NCBI GenBank assembly: GCA_964016885.1
Contig: OZ024761.1
Coordinates: 6,448,001-6,512,000 of the forward strand
Length of the DNA stretch: 64,000 bases
Reading direction: 5' to 3'
From: Eledone cirrhosa
Taxonomy: Eukaryota
In this document: positions 1 to 13,360 of the stretch, one piece after another
Layout: each line of letters opens with the position of its first letter
Numbering within the stretch: the first letter of the stretch is position 1
The notes under the pieces: generated by a model
What the model saw: the letters and a program-made list of their open reading frames with translations, nothing else
Databases searched by the model: none
What the model was told of the DNA's origin: nothing
Program-made: the position numbers and the translations under genes

Positions 1-160
1 TCTTTTTCTTCCTTTTCTTCGTTTTCTGTCTTTCTTTCTGTTTTCTCTCTTTCTTTCTCTTTGTGTAAAATTTTTTCACTGCCAGCTTAAACCTCTTCAA
101 ATGAAGTCGGTGTTATAACGGTATGTCGAATCTATTTATCTATAAAACTGTTTATATTGT

Positions 161-224
161 ATTTTGTCTGAGGAAGGCATAGCATATTGTTAATATGATA
201 TCTCCGAAATATATATAATGAAAT
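161..224 (+). ncRNA. Type I minimal hammerhead ribozyme motif (PLE-type family B 3' end)
   Basis: attttgt-CTGAGGA-stem II-GAAA-tatata-TA-atgaaat; stem I attttgt/atgaaat pairs; palindromic stem III; overlapping AATAAA then (TA)n. Confidence 0.7.
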
Positions 225-263
225 AAATATGGTTTTATAAATATAGTTTTCCATTTATTTAAT

Positions 264-302
<39 letters not shown>

Positions 303-559
303 TTGCGAGGTTTTTTATATGAAATCGTGTGTCGAAACAGATATTGTTATATTTGGGGAGGGTCATATTTGCGTAATATTGCCAGAATTAATAACAGAAC
401 ACACTCACTGTTTGGTTGGTTTTCGCTTCTCGCTGTCTTTTATATATATATATCTGCGATCTAACTTACTCGGTCCTCAATGTTGCCATTGACTGACCGG
501 CGGTCAAAAATAATACAGATACAATATAGACAAACACATATATATATAGTTTACATAAT

Positions 560-603
560 TTACATAAATCTTTCGTTGCACATCTGCAACATCGTCAGTG
601 GTG
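560..603 (-). ncRNA. Hammerhead motif, inverted-arm copy (family A)
   Basis: Reverse complement of 3697-3740. Confidence 0.65.
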
Positions 604-883
604 TTATATTCATTGTTCCTCCTGTTGTGTTGTATGTCTACGCCATTTTTTTTGTTTTTTTTGTTCAGTCTGTCTATATATTTATTTATTTATTTGCTTG
701 TTTGTTTATCTTATTTTATTTTGTCTTCTTTGCGCATGCGTTTGCGTGTGTGTATTGTGTTATGTGTGATGTGTGACTAGTGTGTATAGTGTTGTGTCTG
801 CTGGGTGACTAGTGTGTGTTTATGTGCTTGTGTATGTATTTATTTATCTTATTTTATTTATTTAATTTAATTTACTTATTTAT

Positions 884-1960
884 TTATACTTCTCTTAGGT
901 CAGTGTTGTTTGTTTGGGTGTTGTTGTTGTTCCACTCATTCTTTCTGTTTAGCTTTGGTCTTCTAATTTCTATTTCACTGGCCTCTCTGATTTGCCTATC
1001 TGCTGGGTCATTCCTATGTTTAGATATTATTCTAATTTCTATGTTGTCTATGTTACCGTCATGTTGTTGTCTAGCATGTTCGTATAGTACTGACCCGTTT
1101 TTACGTCCTTTTAGTTCCCCCCAGTGTTGGTCTATCCTTTCACCTATGCTACGAGCTGTCTCACCTATGTATGTTGTTGTCGTGTTTCTGCAAGTACCCT
1201 CTGTACATCTTATGCTATAGACTACGTTTCTAGTTTTACAGTTTATCCGGGGGTTCACCTTACATATGATACATTTCCTATTGGTACAGTGAGTTTTCTT
1301 AAAAGGGTAGGTTTTGCTGATCAGGGATTTTATGGTGGTTCCTGGCTTTTCTACCACCTTTATTTTTAAGTGGGTCTTTCTCAGGGCCTTTCTACACTGG
1401 TTAGCTAATTTCCCTCCAGGGGTGGCGTCCACAAACATGACACTCTGATATCTCTGGTTGTCGTACCATGATGTGGCCTTCCCTATCTTATGTCTAGCCC
1501 TATCTAAGCTATTCCATGATTTGCTCCTGTATAGTGGGCAAATTCCTTTCATGTCCAGTTCTATGAGGGTCTTATACTTTTCCATGGCTCCTTCGTATAC
1601 TCTGACTCTGTCTCTTTGGTTGTAGCCAGAGAACTGCATGCGGTTGATGAAGTGTTGGATGTGTCCTTCCATTTCTGTTGGGTCGCACATGCTGGACACA
1701 TTCTTCATCACTCGTACCAAATCTGCGATCAGAATATTAAACTTAGCACTACTGGACATTGCTGAGTTTTTGAGTATCAGGTATTTGGAGGCCATGGGTT
1801 TAGCATAGTGTGAGTGGAGAATTTGGGCTCTCTCGTCTATAGTGTTAATCCAGAGTTCTGTGTCTAATACAGGTAGTCTATTGTTAGGGTGTTTGGAAGG
1901 GAAGTCTATAGTTACAGTTATACTCTGGTGTATGGAATTAGCTATCTGCTGGATGCTTTC
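884..1960 (-). CDS. Inverted copy of PLE thumb plus GIY-YIG coding region
   Basis: Protein identical to the C-terminal part of the 1962-3416 product from ESIQQIANS onward. Confidence 0.88.
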   Translation of the reverse strand, partial: ESIQQIANSIHQSITVTIDFPSKHPNNRLPVLDTELWINTIDERAQILHSHYAKPMASKYLILKNSAMSSSAKFNILIADLVRVMKNVSSMCDPTEMEGHIQHFINRMQFSGYNQRDRVRVYEGAMEKYKTLIELDMKGICPLYRSKSWNSLDRARHKIGKATSWYDNQRYQSVMFVDATPGGKLANQCRKALRKTHLKIKVVEKPGTTIKSLISKTYPFKKTHCTNRKCIICKVNPRINCKTRNVVYSIRCTEGTCRNTTTTYIGETARSIGERIDQHWGELKGRKNGSVLYEHARQQHDGNIDNIEIRIISKHRNDPADRQIREASEIEIRRPKLNRKNEWNNNNTQTNNTDLREV

Positions 1961-1961
1961 A

Positions 1962-3416
1962 ATGGCTAAAAAGACTCCCATAGGAAGGTGGATTGGGTGG
2001 ACCAAAGCTATACGGACCCCCCAAAACACTGATCAGGTAAGAAAAATGGTCGCACATGCAATAGGGGCTAGTATCAAAACTACCCTAAAGGGCCACATAT
2101 TTAAGTTCAATGAGAAAATCTACACCAAAAATGAGGGAGCAGCCATCGGCGTCAGCATAGCTGGTGATGTTGCCAACCTTTTCATGGTATGGTGGGAAAG
2201 GAGACTTAAAGATCTCCTCCTTAATGAAAGCTCCATAGACCTCATCATGTACTCTCGTTATGTAGACGATATCAATATAGTTATAAGAACACCCCCACTA
2301 GAGAGCACTAACAAGTTTGATTTAGAACGTAGCACGATGGAAAGCATCCAGCAGATAGCTAATTCCATACACCAGAGTATAACTGTAACTATAGACTTCC
2401 CTTCCAAACACCCTAACAATAGACTACCTGTATTAGACACAGAACTCTGGATTAACACTATAGACGAGAGAGCCCAAATTCTCCACTCACACTATGCTAA
2501 ACCCATGGCCTCCAAATACCTGATACTCAAAAACTCAGCAATGTCCAGTAGTGCTAAGTTTAATATTCTGATCGCAGATTTGGTACGAGTGATGAAGAAT
2601 GTGTCCAGCATGTGCGACCCAACAGAAATGGAAGGACACATCCAACACTTCATCAACCGCATGCAGTTCTCTGGCTACAACCAAAGAGACAGAGTCAGAG
2701 TATACGAAGGAGCCATGGAAAAGTATAAGACCCTCATAGAACTGGACATGAAAGGAATTTGCCCACTATACAGGAGCAAATCATGGAATAGCTTAGATAG
2801 GGCTAGACATAAGATAGGGAAGGCCACATCATGGTACGACAACCAGAGATATCAGAGTGTCATGTTTGTGGACGCCACCCCTGGAGGGAAATTAGCTAAC
2901 CAGTGTAGAAAGGCCCTGAGAAAGACCCACTTAAAAATAAAGGTGGTAGAAAAGCCAGGAACCACCATAAAATCCCTGATCAGCAAAACCTACCCTTTTA
3001 AGAAAACCCACTGTACCAATAGGAAATGTATCATATGTAAGGTGAACCCCCGGATAAACTGTAAAACTAGAAACGTAGTCTATAGCATAAGATGTACAGA
3101 GGGTACTTGCAGAAACACGACAACAACATACATAGGTGAGACAGCTCGTAGCATAGGTGAAAGGATAGACCAACACTGGGGGGAACTAAAAGGACGTAAA
3201 AACGGGTCAGTACTATACGAACATGCTAGACAACAACATGACGGTAACATAGACAACATAGAAATTAGAATAATATCTAAACATAGGAATGACCCAGCAG
3301 ATAGGCAAATCAGAGAGGCCAGTGAAATAGAAATTAGAAGACCAAAGCTAAACAGAAAGAATGAGTGGAACAACAACAACACCCAAACAAACAACACTGA
3401 CCTAAGAGAAGTATAA
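1962..3416 (+). CDS. PLE reverse transcriptase (C-terminal part) plus GIY-YIG endonuclease, 5'-truncated
   Basis: Uninterrupted frame with GAAIGVSIAGDVANLFM (RT motif B'), YSRYVDDI (motif C), LPVLDT, a Cys-rich linker and VVYSIRC...YIGETARSIGERIDQH...REASEI..RPKLN (GIY-YIG). The first 120 nt of the listed ORF 1842..3416 come from the inverted arm. Confidence 0.92.
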   Translation: MAKKTPIGRWIGWTKAIRTPQNTDQVRKMVAHAIGASIKTTLKGHIFKFNEKIYTKNEGAAIGVSIAGDVANLFMVWWERRLKDLLLNESSIDLIMYSRYVDDINIVIRTPPLESTNKFDLERSTMESIQQIANSIHQSITVTIDFPSKHPNNRLPVLDTELWINTIDERAQILHSHYAKPMASKYLILKNSAMSSSAKFNILIADLVRVMKNVSSMCDPTEMEGHIQHFINRMQFSGYNQRDRVRVYEGAMEKYKTLIELDMKGICPLYRSKSWNSLDRARHKIGKATSWYDNQRYQSVMFVDATPGGKLANQCRKALRKTHLKIKVVEKPGTTIKSLISKTYPFKKTHCTNRKCIICKVNPRINCKTRNVVYSIRCTEGTCRNTTTTYIGETARSIGERIDQHWGELKGRKNGSVLYEHARQQHDGNIDNIEIRIISKHRNDPADRQIREASEIEIRRPKLNRKNEWNNNNTQTNNTDLREV

Positions 3417-3696
3417 ATAAATAAGTAAATTAAATTAAATAAATAAAATAAGATAAATAAATACATACACAAGCACATAAACACACACTAGTCACCCAGC
3501 AGACACAACACTATACACACTAGTCACACATCATACATAACACAATACACACACGCAAACGCATGCGCAAAGAAGACAAAATAAAATAAGATAAACAAAC
3601 AAGCAAATAAATAAATAAATATATAGACAGACTGAACAAAAAAAAAAAAAAAAATGGCGTAGACATACAACACAACAGGAGGAACAATGAATATAA

Positions 3697-3740
3697 CACC
3701 ACTGACGATGTTGCAGATGTGCAACGAAAGATTTATGTAA
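3697..3740 (+). ncRNA. Hammerhead motif in PLE family A 3' region
   Basis: CTGACGA-t-gttgca-gatg-tgcaac-GAAA-gattta; perfect stem II; 3' side of stem I looks degenerate in this copy. Confidence 0.65.
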
Positions 3741-3951
3741 ATTATGTAAACTATATATATATGTGTTTGTCTATATTGTATCTGTATTATTTTTGACCGC
3801 CGGTCAGTCAATGGCAACATTGAGGACCGAGTAAGTTAGATCGCAGATATATATATATAAAAGACAGCGAGAAGCGAAAACCAACCAAACAGTGAGTGTG
3901 TTCTGTTATTAATTCTGGCAATATTACGCAAATATGACCCTCCCCAAATAT

Positions 3952-3983
<32 letters not shown>

Positions 3984-3989
3984 GTAAAA

Positions 3990-4208
3990 GTAAATGTAAA
4001 ACCCCTTTCAGTGACTAATGAGCATGGGATTTACACCTAGAAAGTTTCCCTCCGAGGGACACAAGTCCAAGCCACAGATGTTGTTCAAGGGCAATGACCG
4101 ATACAACTTGGCAACAGTGAAGTGACAACTTCAGCAAGTTGAAGTAAAGTGTCTTGTTCAAGGACACAACACACCACCCGGTCTGGAAATAGAACTTACA
4201 ACCCACTG
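3990..4208 (-). mobile_element. tRNA-derived CORE-like SINE fragment
   Basis: gtgtccttgaacaagacacttta core on minus; similar to copies at 10740-10880, 17115-17365 and 61985-62270. Confidence 0.6.
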
Positions 4209-4403
4209 TTATACGTTTTCAGAGTGGGGTAAGGTAAGGAGGAAGGAAGAAAAAAACAGGGACGAATTTCCGCCAGACATGGTGACAGGGAACCCCCCCC
4301 CCCCCCCTCTCTCCCCCTCCCCCCTCCCCCTCCCCCTCTCCCCATACCACAACACCAGTGACAAATGATGTAGTAGACAATAGCTGACCCGGAAATACAC
4401 ATC

Positions 4404-4404
4404 G

Positions 4405-4435
<31 letters not shown>

Positions 4436-5395
4436 AGACAACTCACAACTCACGCCTCACAACAACCAACAACTAACAACAGTAAGTCAGATTATTAACA
4501 GCAACAGTAACAACAACAGCAACAACAACAGTAACAACAACAACAACAGTAACAACAACAACAGCAACAGTAACAACAACAACAGTAACAACAACAACAA
4601 CAGTAACAACAACAACAGCAACAGTAACAACAACAACAGTAACAACAACAACAGTAACAACAACAACAACAGTAACAACAACAACAGCAACAACAACATT
4701 AACAACAACAATAATACAAGCAAAGCAGTCAGATTATTAACAACAACAACGATAATAGCAGTAGCAACACCAATCTGATTAACACCACCACCACCACCAC
4801 CACTACCACCACCACCACTACCACCACCACTACCACCACCACCACCACCACCACCACTACCACCACCACCACCACTACCACCACCACCACCACCACCACC
4901 ACCACCACTACCACCACCACCACCACCACCACCACTAACACCACCACCACCACCACTACCACCACCACCACTACCACCACCACCACCACCACCACCACCA
5001 CCACTACCACTATCATTATCACCACCGCCGCCACTACCAACACCACCACCACCACCACCGCCAACACCACCATCACTACCACTACCATCACCATCACCAC
5101 CACCATCACCACCACCAACAACACCACCACCTCCACCACCACTACCACGATCACCACCACCACCACCACCACTACCACCACCATCACTATCACCACCATC
5201 ACTATCATCATCATCACCACTATCACCACCACCACCACCACCATCACTACCACGATCACTATCACCACCACCACCACTATCACCACCATCACTATCATTA
5301 TCATCATCACCACCATCACCACCACCACCATCACCACCACCACTATCACCACCACCATCACCACCACCACTATCACCACCACCACCATCAGCAGC
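4404..5395. repeat. (GTT)n, (AAC/AGT)n and (CAC/TAC)n trinucleotide tracts
   Basis: Direct inspection. Confidence 0.95.
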
Positions 5396-5600
5396 AGGCA
5401 CATCAAAAGCCATCACCGCCATGATTGTGGCATAGTCCATTATGACAAAAAATCTGGGATTTAACGAGGAAGGACAACTATAAAGCTACTACTACTACTA
5501 CTACTACTACTAGGTTGATAACTAGTAACGGGATACCTCTCTACGTGGTCACACGGATAGTTAGAAATAGCAGCTAACTATCCAGAAGAGGAACACGCAT

Positions 5601-5650
<50 letters not shown>

Positions 5651-6369
5651 TGTCTACCTTGCTATTGTTAACAAGTCACGGCATATTGAAGAAATATCAT
5701 TTGTTACTGGGACTTGTTTGATGAGGGTTGTGTTGGAGCAGAGCTGACCCAGGGCTAAACTACTACCACTACTACTACTACTACTACTGCTATTACTGCT
5801 ATTACTACTACTAGGCAAAGACGAAGGAGGGAAAAGAACAGTTTCGAACTTAAGGTAAGTCCGCTGTCTCATGTTTTCCCTACTCTTTAACAATGTTCTT
5901 CAACCATCTGCCGTATGGCGAGGCATGCTACTCACTACATCACATCTATGTATGAGAGATACAGATCTCTTCTCAACTCACACGAATTAAAGTATTATTG
6001 TTTTGTATATACACATGTATATAATATATATATATATATACATGTATATATATATGTGTGTGTGTGTGTGCGTAACGGTATATATCACAATATAGGTTTG
6101 TTTGTGTGTGTGTGTGTGTGTATGCCTTATAGTTACACACGTGTGTGTGTGTAACGGTACATATCACAGTATATATATATATATGTGTGTGTTTGTGTAT
6201 GTGTGTGTGTGGTTGCGTGTGTATGTGTACCTTATATTTACACACATGTCTGTGTGCTGGTGTATATACATATGCATGTGTATAAACATAGCGGGTATAT
6301 ATATATATATGTAGAGAGAGAGAGGGGGGGGGGGCACTAACCATGGGAGTACTCAATGCATGGATAGAT

Positions 6370-7435
<1,066 letters not shown>

Positions 7436-7437
7436 TA

Positions 7438-7603
7438 CAGTTATATTCCTTTATAACGAAATTCATGGGGTATAAAAAAATTCGTTGTAACGAAAAAAAG
7501 TTCATAAGGAGATCAACAGAAACAAATCGAGGGTTTGTTTATTACAAACATTTCGTTTGACTGAAAAATACGTTATAATGGTATTCGTTATAACGGTATT
7601 TTA

Positions 7604-7606
<3 letters not shown>
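7438..7606. mobile_element. Degenerate Tigger/pogo-like MITE
   Basis: Imperfect TIR cagttatattcctttataacgaa / ttcgttataacggtattttacca; TA-rich flanks. Confidence 0.4.
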
Positions 7607-7639
<33 letters not shown>

Positions 7640-7814
7640 AAAGGTAAACAGAAATAACACAATCGGTACAATGTACGGAAGGGATATATTAGGTTAACGC
7701 TTGATATAGCAGGAGGAGGGTCGCTCAGTTTTATAGATTTTATTTCGTAGACAAAAAACTTCGGAAACTTCTACACCTATAGAAACTTTATCCTTTACAC
7801 AACAAAAACACTGC

Positions 7815-9315
7815 TACACTACACTACACTACACTACACTACACTACGCTACACCTCACTACACTACACTACACTACACCATACTACACCACACTACACT
7901 ATACTACATTACACCACACGACACTACATTACACTACACCAGACCACACTACACTACATCACACTACACCACGCCACACTTTACCACGCTACACCATGCT
8001 ACACTACTCCACACTACTCCACACTACACCACACTACACCATACTACGTTACACCATACCGCACTACACCAGACTACGCCACACTACGCCACATTACAAC
8101 ACACCACACCACACTACACTACATCACACTACACTACACTATATTACATTACACCACACTACACTACATTACACCACACTACACTAAATTACACCACACT
8201 ACACTAAATTACACTACACCACACCACGCTACACCACACCACGCTACACCACACCATACTACACTACACTACACTATACCACACCACACTACATTACACT
8301 ACACTATACCACACCACACCACACTATCCCATCCCACACTACACTACATTACACTACGCCACACCACATCACACTACATCACACTACACTACACTACACC
8401 ACCATCACACTATACCACACCACACCACACTACACTACACCACGCCACCATCACACCAAATCACACCACACTACACTACACTACATTACACTACACCAGA
8501 CCACACTACACAACACTACACCAGACCATACTACACAACACCACACTACACTACCACTACTAGTATAATAATTGTTTCAATTTTTAGCACAAGGCCTGCA
8601 ATGTAGTGTGGTGTAGTGTAGTGTGGTGTAGCGTGGTGTAGTGCAGTGTAGTATGGTGTAGTGTAGTGTGGTGTAGCGTGGTGTAGTGCAGTGTAGTATG
8701 GTGTAGTGTAGTATGGTGTAGTGTAGTGTGGTGTAGCGTAGTGTAGTGTAGTGAGGTGTAGTGTGATGTAGCGTGGTGTAGCGTAGTGTAGTATGGTGTG
8801 GTGTCGTGTAGTATGTAGCGTGGTGTAGTGTGGTGTAGCGTAGTGTGGTGTAGTGTAGTGTGGTGTAGCGTAGTGTAGTGCAGTGTAGTATGGTGTAGTG
8901 TAGTGTAGTGCAGTGTAGTGTAGTGAGGTGTAGTGTGATGTAGCGTGGTGTAGCGTAGTGTAGTGTAGTGAGGTGTAGCGTGGTGTAGTGCAGTGTAGTA
9001 TGGTGTAGTGTAGTGTGGTGTAGCGTAGTGTAGTGTAGTGAGGTGTAGTGTGATGTAGCGTGGTGTAGCGTAGCGTAGTGTAATGTAGTGAGGTGTAGCG
9101 TGGTGTAGTGTGCTGTAGCGTAGTGTAGTATGGTGTGGTGTCGTGTAGTATGTAGCGTGGTGTAGTGTGGTGTAGCGTAGTGTGGTGTAGTGTAGTGTGG
9201 TGTAGCGTAGTGTAGTGTGGTGTAATGTATAGTGTGGTGTAGCGTAGTGTGGTGTGGTGTAAGGTAGTGTAGTATGGTGTAGTGTGGAGTAGTGTGGTGT
9301 GGTGTGGTGTAGTGT
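7815..9315. repeat. Inverted pair of pentanucleotide satellites (ACACT)n / (AGTGT)n
   Basis: 7815-8560 is (acact/acacc)n; 8600-9315 is the complementary-strand form; they are separated by a SINE tail. Confidence 0.9.
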
Positions 9316-9635
9316 ATTACTGGTACTTTATTTTATCGACCCCGTAAGGAAGAAAGGCAAAGTTAACCTCGGCGGGATTTGAACTCAGATCATAAAGGGA
9401 CGTAACTCTATGCTGTACAGCACGGAGTCCGACCCTCTACCGATACTGCCAATTAACGATTTCTTATATAGGCACAAGGACAACAAGGTTGGAGGGAGGG
9501 GAAAGTCAATTAAATCAACACCAGTGCATTACTGGTACTTTATTTTACCGACCCCGTAAGGATGAAAGGCTAAGTTAACCTCGGCGAGATTTGAATTCAG
9601 AACGTAAAGGGCCTCAACTCTATGCTGCAAAGCAT
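9315..9635 (-). mobile_element. Two tandem Meta-type tRNA SINE copies
   Basis: Minus strand shows tggcagtatcggtaga (A box), gagttcaaatccc (B box) and gcctttcatccttacggggtcgataaaataaagtaccag (Meta-like central domain). Confidence 0.8.
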
Positions 9636-9769
9636 AAAAATCGAATGACATATATGAAATAAACAGATCAAAGAATTATACATAGGTACGGATAATCTTT
9701 GAGCTCATTCCACAGGTGATATGGCGCATGATTCTCATAGTCTCAGACATGGCATCTTTAATCTAAGCC

Positions 9770-10340
9770 GCTAGAATTGGTTGAGGACTTCCTGTATTTG
9801 GGAGCAAAGATTGGGAAAACAGAAGATGATGTGATTGAGAGGAAGAGCAAGGCCTGGGCGGCGTGCCACAGCTTGAGATCGATGTGGAAGTCGGATCTTC
9901 GTAAAGACCTGAAAATCCGCCTCTTCGTTGCTGTAGTGGAGTCTGTGTTGCTGTACGGGTCTGAGACTTGGAAACTCACTCAGATGGTGGATGGGTGCTA
10001 CACGAGAATGCTGAGGATGGCTCTGAACATTAATCAGTATACACTGAGGATTAAGAACTCAGTGCTGTATGGGAACCTCCCAAAAGTCAGCTCTAGATTA
10101 GCACAGAGAAGCCTGAGGTTAGCTGGACATGCTCACCGACATCTAGAGTTGACATTGCACTCAGTGCTCCTGTGGGAGCCTCTACATGGACACACTAGAA
10201 GAGGAAGACCAAGGTTAACATATGTTGATGCCCTAAGGACAGACACTGGTCTGTTGGAGATGCAGGACATGGCAGCGATAATGAGGGACAGAGACCGCTG
10301 GAGAGAACTCGTCCATGGATCTCGGGAATTTTACCCGCCC
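9770..10340 (+). mobile_element. RTE-clade LINE, 3' fragment
   Basis: VEDFLYLG...VESVLLYGSETW...LAGH...RGRPRLTYVD...DRDRWR; typical RTE RT C-terminus. Confidence 0.85.
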
Positions 10341-10545
10341 TATATATATGTGTGTGTAATTGTGTGTGTGTGTGTGTACACTTATCACATGATGGGGTGG
10401 TAGGTGTGTCGTAGTGACACATATATATAAATATATAGATGTATGTAGCAAAAGAACTCGACGTTAGGCAATTTATCCATCTTTGATGTTGAAGCCTGTT
10501 GGTAAACTTTGAAGGAATTTCACAAGTCCGGCCTCCTGTTATTTT

Positions 10546-10596
<51 letters not shown>

Positions 10597-10739
10597 TTGA
10601 GCAGAGGTGTCCTTTTTCGAGGCTGATGGTGTGTGTGTGTGACAGCTCACACCTAAGCAGGTTTAGCTGGCCTCCTCCTAGGTACATCTCGTTGGGGGTA
10701 TCTTGGGTAATTTAATGATAGGGACCCCAGTCCTATCAC

Positions 10740-10880
10740 CTCCTTTCTACAGCTGAGTAAACTGGAGCAATGTGAAATAAAGTGTCTTGCTCAAGGAAAC
10801 AACACATCACCCGGTCTGAGAATTGAACTCACAACCTTTCGATTGCAAGGCCAATGCTCTAACTACTAAGCCATGCGCCT
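10740..10880 (-). mobile_element. CORE-like tRNA SINE
   Basis: Minus strand: ggcgcatggcttagtagttagag tRNA head and ccttgagcaagacactttatttcacattgctccag core. Confidence 0.7.
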
Positions 10881-11312
10881 TTACCTGATGGTATGGTATT
10901 GCATAACTACTATCGATTGGTTTACACATCGATCCATTGTCCGACGATCGGAATATATATATATAAGAGATGTCAACATGAATGGACCTGTTATTTTTAT
11001 CTATATGTGTGTGTGTTTAATGGTAGCTATGATACTTCCATAGGCGGTATGCCAGTTGAGCACTCTATGTTCTTACAGAGCAGAGTGTGATAAAATATAA
11101 AACGAAAAATCAGTGATGCATCTGGACTCAGTTTATTGTGTGTTACAATTGTTTCGCCGGCAGACAGCTCGAGACACGATCATTGTATGGATGTGTCTGA
11201 TTCTAGAACTGCAGGTTCGTCGGACACTGGCAATACTTTCGGAACAAATTTTCTCACAAATTTGTTCCGAAAGTATTGTGTATATATATATATATTACAC
11301 AGATCCACACAG

Positions 11313-11368
<56 letters not shown>

Positions 11369-11628
11369 ACTTACATTTATATATCAATTGTGCTTGGGCG
11401 AGAATTAAAATTCTAATATATATATGTGTATGTGTGTGTGTGTATCTACACTCACACACGTGTGTCTGTGTGATTGTTGGTACGTGTGTGTGTGTGTTTA
11501 TCTATAACCACTTCCGTTTTAGCGACAAACATGGTTTTTCAATGTATTCCCAGCCAACATGAGAACATACATTCATATAAACATCGGTTTTGCACGTGTG
11601 TATAATTTTTATATTTATTTTAGATCTT

Positions 11629-11680
<52 letters not shown>

Positions 11681-11698
11681 ATATGTATGTATGTTTAT

Positions 11699-12361
11699 GT
11701 CAGGTCACCAGTTGGTGCTACTGGTAACATGTATCCCAGTACAACCTGACTCATGGTCGGGTCGTTGGCGACTAAACTGGCAACCCCACCAAGGTTTCTT
11801 GGTGAGGAGGGTGACTTTGGACATCCTGCACGACTAAAAACAAAACCTGTCAAAGGGCAAAGGAGCTCTTAAGAGTCAATGGCCATCCAAAATCACCGGG
11901 AGAGATGACCCCTTAGCCTTTGTCAAGGTAGAATTCTAGGAGAAGGAAAACTCTGATATAACACCTGCAACTCTGGTGGTATCCAATGATGTTGACTTGT
12001 TCTTCTTTTTGGTAAATATCATCTTGGTTAAGAGAGTGGGACTGGCTTTGTGCAGTGGCTTTGTTCACTATAAAAGCTTCGCGGCACAAGCATTGCTTTA
12101 TATCTGGAGATCTCTCTGCACTTGTCGTCACATGGTACCATGGGCCCAGCACTATGTGTCAATAATTGTCACAGGTGTAGTGTTTGTACCAGAGTTTTCA
12201 AGTCGCTGGCTGGACTAAAAAGTCCCACTCGTTCAGCGCATCGGTAGGGGTTCTCCTACATGGATATAAAGTAGTGGCCGTACTCGAAAACGAGTTGGCA
12301 GTCACCATGTATGTATGTATGTATGTATGTATGTATGTATGTATGTATGTATGTATGTATG
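11699..12361 (+). mobile_element. Non-autonomous RTE-like element X1 with (ATGT)n tail
   Basis: Closely similar copy at 54583-55150; ctaggagaaggaaaactctga motif reminiscent of RTE 5' UTRs; terminal hairpin then (ATGT)n; no credible ORF. Confidence 0.6.
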
Positions 12362-13309
12362 TTATCTCTTTCTCTTAATTTCGAGTATATTTTTTTGACC
12401 GGCCACCTTCCTGGTGGCAAGGTTGTAAAAGAAAAGAAATTGTCATCCCTTGAATCGCAAGAATGTTTAGCAAATTTTGAAGGTGCCAGCTATCGCAGCC
12501 ATTTGTAGACTATGAATTAGGGAGCTGCGCTCTTTGTCCGCAAATCCAAGTTCAGTTATACATTGGTCCAAGCGGGTTGGTATATAACCCGTAGCTCCAA
12601 TAATGATGGGTATGAAGCTAAAGGTGTATCTTGGAGACTGGATTTGTAAACTCCTCATCAATGGTCCGTAGATGTCCTCCTCCTGTATTTTTCTGACAAC
12701 GTTTACATCAAGTGGGCAGCTGATCTCCACAACAGAACACGTTTTCAATGTCTGGCCCAAACAACAATATCAGGCCGGTTGTGCTTTAATTTGGTGGCAG
12801 TTTTTATTTTCAGGTTCCACCAGTATTCCTTAGTGCCATCTGTCTCAATATATTCTTCCTCGTTTGTTGTTAATTTTGTTTTCCGAAGTGCGTTCCAGAT
12901 GGTTCTAGCTATCCCATCGTGTCTCATGGGGAGGTAGTAGCGAGATGACATTCTTTCGCAGCTGGCAACAATGTGGCTTACATCCTCGATCTTTGTTTTA
13001 CATAGGGAGTTCTTGTTCCTGTATTGCATAGAGATATCCCTCAAGGTGTGATGTCATAAACTTGTCGGAACTCCATGCCAGGCTTTTTGAGTGGTTTATC
13101 CCCTCTATGGTCTGTGTTTTACGTCTCAAGTATCCATGCACAACTTTTTCTGTAAATTGGTCAATTTTTTCATCTTGTTTTAACATTGAATAGGATCTTC
13201 CGATTTCTCTGGGTGAGAGATTTATATCAGCCTTTATTCCATATCTCTCCTCCAGATCACTGGCTATTCTAATGATATATTTTTTTTCATGCTCATAAAC
13301 CTGGGCAAG
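12362..13309 (-). mobile_element. R4/Dong-like LINE 3' fragment with restriction-like endonuclease, frameshifted
   Basis: AIQEQE, C..IEDVSHIVASC, RHD, KHNRPDIVVW, EISCP, PIIIGATG motifs; (ATGT)n on both flanks. Confidence 0.85.
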
Positions 13310-13360
13310 ATGTATGTATGTATGTATGTATGTATGTATGTATGTATGTATGTATGTATG

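Larger units (their letters stand above)
300..3959 (+). mobile_element. Penelope-like retroelement (family A), 5'-truncated, with inverted duplication of its 3' 1.62 kb, inserted in (TA)n
   Basis: Arms 341-1960 and 2340-3959 are reverse complements (coordinates sum to 4300; only about 3 mismatches noticed). (TA)n on both flanks. Encodes RT plus GIY-YIG; HHR motif in the 3' region. Confidence 0.93.

Noticed and set aside
4487-5440. Gly-rich/Leu-rich ORF
   Set aside because: Translation of (GGT)n and (GTT)n microsatellites.
5815-5860. Possible exon ending in aag/GTAAGT
   Set aside because: Good donor but no pyrimidine-rich acceptor; preceded by a (TAC)n tract.
11699-11790. HDV-like ribozyme at the 5' end of element X1
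   Set aside because: Several helices are present (gtcaggt/acctgac, tgta/taca, gtcg/cgac-taa) but I could not assemble a consistent nested double pseudoknot by eye; needs an RNArobo search.
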